16,926 nt of DNA from a virus. Below the pieces are notes generated by a model that was not told the origin of the DNA, made no database searches, and was given only the letters and a program-made list of their open reading frames with translations. The first letter of the stretch is position 1. Each line of letters opens with the position of its first letter. The stretch is from UHGV virus genome UHGV-2150566; one strand, given 5' to 3'. Shown here piece by piece: positions 13,954 through 16,926 of the stretch. Position numbers and translations under genes: made by a program.

Positions 13954-14500
13954 TTTTTTACCGTATGTCCGTCGCCATATCAGTGGTCCGCTGAACATTA
14001 TGATGACGGATGCGTTATCCATGTCGGCAGTGGCATTCTGCCGTCAGTCCCTGTTGTGCCGCCGTGAAGCCACGCTGTCACCGCCAGCCGGAGAGGACTG
14101 TGTGCTGCCATATGACGCGGAGAATGAAGAGTGCGTACATATTATTCGTATCCTCGCTGACGGGCGTGAGCTTTTTGCCGGTCATGATGTGGAAATCCGC
14201 CCGGGGCGGGTAATGCATTTTGCCTGTTCGCCCGGAGAGGTGAGTGTGCTTTATGCCGTTGCTCCGAAAGCAGGGAGCCGTCAGGTGCAGGATGAACTGC
14301 GGGCATGGTCTGAAGAAGTGGCTGCAGGGGCGCTTGAACGGTTGTTCATGCAGACCGGGGTTTCATGGTCAGACCCGTCGCGCGCACAGTATTTCTCTGT
14401 GCTGTTTTCTGAGGGTATCCGTCGGGCATATCGCGACACACTGGCGACAAGTCCGTACTCCTCATACCGCAATCCTGTCCGCAGACAAAGGTTTTACTGA
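13937..14500 (+). CDS. hypothetical virion-module protein
   Basis: ATG at 13937 overlaps the preceding stop by 17 nt (MAELTDFLPYV...). The ORF-track start at 13877 would overlap by 77 nt and seems less likely. Confidence 0.45.
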   Translation: MAELTDFLPYVRRHISGPLNIMMTDALSMSAVAFCRQSLLCRREATLSPPAGEDCVLPYDAENEECVHIIRILADGRELFAGHDVEIRPGRVMHFACSPGEVSVLYAVAPKAGSRQVQDELRAWSEEVAAGALERLFMQTGVSWSDPSRAQYFSVLFSEGIRRAYRDTLATSPYSSYRNPVRRQRFY

Positions 14501-15150
14501 TGACGACGATTACTGAAATCATCGGACGAGTGAACACGCAACTGGTTGACCCGATGATGGTGCGCTGGCCTCTGGCTGAGCTGTGTGATTATTACAATGA
14601 TGCTGTGCGGGCGGTGATTCTGGCAAGGCCGGATGCAGGCGCAAGTCTGGAGACGCTGAATTGTGTTCCTGGTGCACGTCAGACTTTGCCTGATGGCGCA
14701 ATACAGCTTCTTGACGTGATATGCCTCAGCGATGGCAGTGCTATAAAACCGCAATCCCGTGAGGTGCTTGATGCACAGTATCCCGACTGGCACATGCTGA
14801 GGGGGAAACCGGAATGCTTTATCAGCAGTGACCTTGCCCCGCGCGTGTTCTGGCTGTTTCCGGCACCGGAGGAGGCTGTGAGTGTTGATGCTGTGGTCAG
14901 CCGCATTCCGGAGGCGGTGTATGTTCTGACGCAGGATGATGACACGCCTGTACCGCTGGAAGAGGCTTATGTTAACCCGCTGGTTGACTGGATGTTGTTT
15001 CGTGCATTCAGCAAGGATGCAGCCGGTGGTGCAGAGTCAGGACTGGCAGCACAACATTATCAGAGTTTTGTTGAGCAGCTCGGGATTAAACAGGGTGCAG
15101 ACAGTGCATTGTCTGCCCGCAAGAAGGTGTTTAACGGAGGTGGAATGTGA
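14500..15150 (+). CDS. hypothetical virion-module protein (possible tail/adaptor component)
   Basis: 216-aa ORF starting at the TGATG overlap with the upstream gene; its stop overlaps the GTG start of the tail fibre gene. Confidence 0.5.
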   Translation: MTTITEIIGRVNTQLVDPMMVRWPLAELCDYYNDAVRAVILARPDAGASLETLNCVPGARQTLPDGAIQLLDVICLSDGSAIKPQSREVLDAQYPDWHMLRGKPECFISSDLAPRVFWLFPAPEEAVSVDAVVSRIPEAVYVLTQDDDTPVPLEEAYVNPLVDWMLFRAFSKDAAGGAESGLAAQHYQSFVEQLGIKQGADSALSARKKVFNGGGM

Positions 15151-16926
15151 GTGTTGTTGTTTCGGGGACGCTGAAATCTCCTGATGGTGAGGCAATATCA
15201 GGCGCAAATATTACCCTGACGGCGCTGACAGTTTCACCGGATGCGCTCAGCGGCACCAGTGCGTCAGCAGTGACTCGTGACGGCGGGTATTACGGAATGA
15301 CGCTGGAGCCGGGGGAGTATGCGGTTTCTGTGACGGTGAAAGGGAAGACTGCTGTCTACGGACGTGTGCGTATTGAGGGGACTGAAAGTACGGTGACGCT
15401 CAATATGCTGTTACGCCGCAGTCTTGTTGAGGTGAGCATACCCGGAGAACTGCTGACAGATTTCCGGCAGATACAGAACAATGTGGCGGATGACCTTGCC
15501 ACGATTCGTCGTCTGAACGAAGACACGGCGGTGAAAAATAATCAGGCTTCACAGTCGAAGGAAAGCGCTGCTGCCAGTGCGAAGACTGCATCAGAAAGCG
15601 CGAAGGCTGCGACCAGCAAAGCGACGGAGTCTGCACAAAAAGCCAGTGAGGCTGCAGAGGCGGCGACCCGGGCAGGTGAGTCTGAAAAGGCAGCGGCAGC
15701 TGACGCTAAAGAGGCCAGACGACATGCTGAAACCGCCAGAGTGGCTCAGGAGGCCGCCGGAGACGTTCTTAAACGTGCTGAGGCTGCTACAGTTAGTGCT
15801 GAAGAAGCCAGACGTATGGCTGAGAATGCACGAGGACCTAAAGGCGATACAGGGCCGAAAGGTGATGCTGGTCCTCGTGGTGAAACAGGTCCGGCGGGTC
15901 CGCGTGGGGAGAAAGGTGAGCAGGGAGAGCGCGGACCTCAGGGCATACCGGGCCAGAAAGGTGATACAGGAGAACGGGGACCTCAGGGAGTACAGGGGCC
16001 AGCTGGCGCAACAGGGCCATCTGGCCCACGTGGTGCGACCGGGCCACAGGGAGCAATGGGGCCGCGTGGTGAAACCGGGGCCAGAGGCGAAAAAGGAGAC
16101 CCGGGGGGGCCTCAGGGACCAAAGGGGGATACTGGTCCGAGAGGTGAGCCGGGGCCGGCAGGAGCAAAGGGAGAGCGCGGTGAGACCGGACCTGCGGGGC
16201 CGAAAGGTGACACCGGCCCACGTGGAGAGGCCGGACCACCCGGACCACAGGGTCCGGCAGGGCAAACCGGCCCGAAAGGGGATAAAGGTGAACCCGGCGC
16301 AACAGGTCCGGCAGGTCCCGCAGGCCCTCGGGGAGAAACCGGCCCCGCAGGTCCTGCGGGTCCCGCAGGCAGTGTCGCCAGTGTTCCGGATGCCAGCACA
16401 TCACAGAAAGGTGTTGTACAGCTGAGCAGCGATACCAACAGCGATGATGAAACAAAAGCGGCAACCCCAAAGGCTGTGAAAGCGGTAATGGCAGAAGTGC
16501 AGGCAGCAAAAACGAAGGCAGAAGAGGCAGCAACCCGGGCAGCAGTCCCCGGACCGAAGGGGGACAGGGGGGAACCTGGCGCACCTGGTGCAGTGGGGCC
16601 CGCAGGCCCACGGGGACCGGCTGGTGCAGCTGGTCCCAAAGGTGATGCAGGCCCGGCAGGCCCTGCGGGTAAAACGGGGCCACAGGGCCCTGCCGGAGGG
16701 CGAGGGCCGATGGGACTGCCCGGGTTGGATGGTAAAACCGGACCACAGGGACCACAAGGGCCAACCGGAAGGCTGGTACCCGGGGAAATTTACAGCATCG
16801 GAACATACATTATTGCCGCACTAGCCCCGTATACAACCGACATCGGCAGAACCTATCAGCCAGGAGAAACTGTACAGGGTTCACGCCTTAAGCGATGCGC
16901 CATAATCAAAGATGCAAGCGGGAACT
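15147..16926 (+). CDS. tail fibre protein with collagen-like Gly-X-Y repeats (3' partial, continues beyond window)
   Basis: Frame open from GTG 15147 (GGAGG 7 nt upstream) to the window end. Missing from the ORF track because no stop lies in the window. N-terminal transthyretin/CarboxypepD_reg-like motif ([20 protein letters not shown]), Ala/Glu-rich coiled-coil segment, then two Gly-X-Y blocks separated by a non-collagen spacer. Confidence 0.8.
   Translation, partial: MSVVVSGTLKSPDGEAISGANITLTALTVSPDALSGTSASAVTRDGGYYGMTLEPGEYAVSVTVKGKTAVYGRVRIEGTESTVTLNMLLRRSLVEVSIPGELLTDFRQIQNNVADDLATIRRLNEDTAVKNNQASQSKESAAASAKTASESAKAATSKATESAQKASEAAEAATRAGESEKAAAADAKEARRHAETARVAQEAAGDVLKRAEAATVSAEEARRMAENARGPKGDTGPKGDAGPRGETGPAGPRGEKGEQGERGPQGIPGQKGDTGERGPQGVQGPAGATGPSGPRGATGPQGAMGPRGETGARGEKGDPGGPQGPKGDTGPRGEPGPAGAKGERGETGPAGPKGDTGPRGEAGPPGPQGPAGQTGPKGDKGEPGATGPAGPAGPRGETGPAGPAGPAGSVASVPDASTSQKGVVQLSSDTNSDDETKAATPKAVKAVMAEVQAAKTKAEEAATRAAVPGPKGDRGEPGAPGAVGPAGPRGPAGAAGPKGDAGPAGPAGKTGPQGPAGGRGPMGLPGLDGKTGPQGPQGPTGRLVPGEIYSIGTYIIAALAPYTTDIGRTYQPGETVQGSRLKRCAIIKDASGN
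15834..16370 (+). repeat. collagen-like Gly-X-Y coding repeat block 1 (about 60 triplets by my count, one register interruption at a G7 tract)
   Basis: Manual translation gives [37 protein letters not shown]... through [10 protein letters not shown]; homopolymeric G7 at 16103-16109. Confidence 0.8.
16551..16769 (+). repeat. collagen-like Gly-X-Y coding repeat block 2 (about 24 triplets)
   Basis: Translation [73 protein letters not shown]. Confidence 0.8.

Noticed and set aside
13462-14022. 186-aa minus-strand ORF
   Set aside because: Antisense to two + strand virion-module ORFs and crosses a + strand terminator; composition atypical; no context support.
15591-16806. Several long minus-strand ORFs (15591..16265, 15838..16806, 16112..16639, 16401..16757) and a + strand Arg-rich ORF (15577..16425)
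   Set aside because: They overlap the collagen-repeat region of the tail fibre gene. GC-rich Gly-X-Y coding DNA lacks stops in most frames. Their translations are low-complexity Pro/Arg/Gly strings with no gene context; the in-frame fibre ORF from 15147 explains the region.

Overview
Late-region segment of a lambdoid, Stx-phage-like (933W-type, apparently short-tailed) prophage from an E. coli/Shigella-like genome. All supported genes are on the + strand. Order: end of nin region (DUF968/HNH-like ORF, rusA) -> Q antiterminator -> PR'-like late promoter and tR'-like terminator -> cargo (moron) slot -> lysis cassette -> packaging/head genes -> collagen-repeat tail fibre running off the 3' end. 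The cargo slot holds a small wHTH-like ORF, a beta-class DNA amino-methyltransferase whose 5' end is cut by a 75-N gap, tRNA-Ile2(CAU) and tRNA-Arg(UCG), an AT-rich gene for a signal-peptide protein with a TolA C-terminal (domain III)-like region, a NanS-p-type sialate O-acetylesterase, and two small ORFs. The lysis cassette is a phage-21-type dual-start pinholin, SAR endolysin, a small TM ORF coupled to Rz, and Rz/Rz1. No stx genes are present; the TolA-domain gene sits in the position Stx phages use for stxAB and is the most interesting candidate here. A short TerL-like fragment followed directly by a scaffold-like gene suggests loss of most of terL and the portal gene, i.e. a defective prophage. 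All homology statements are from reading the translations against remembered family sequences, not from database searches.
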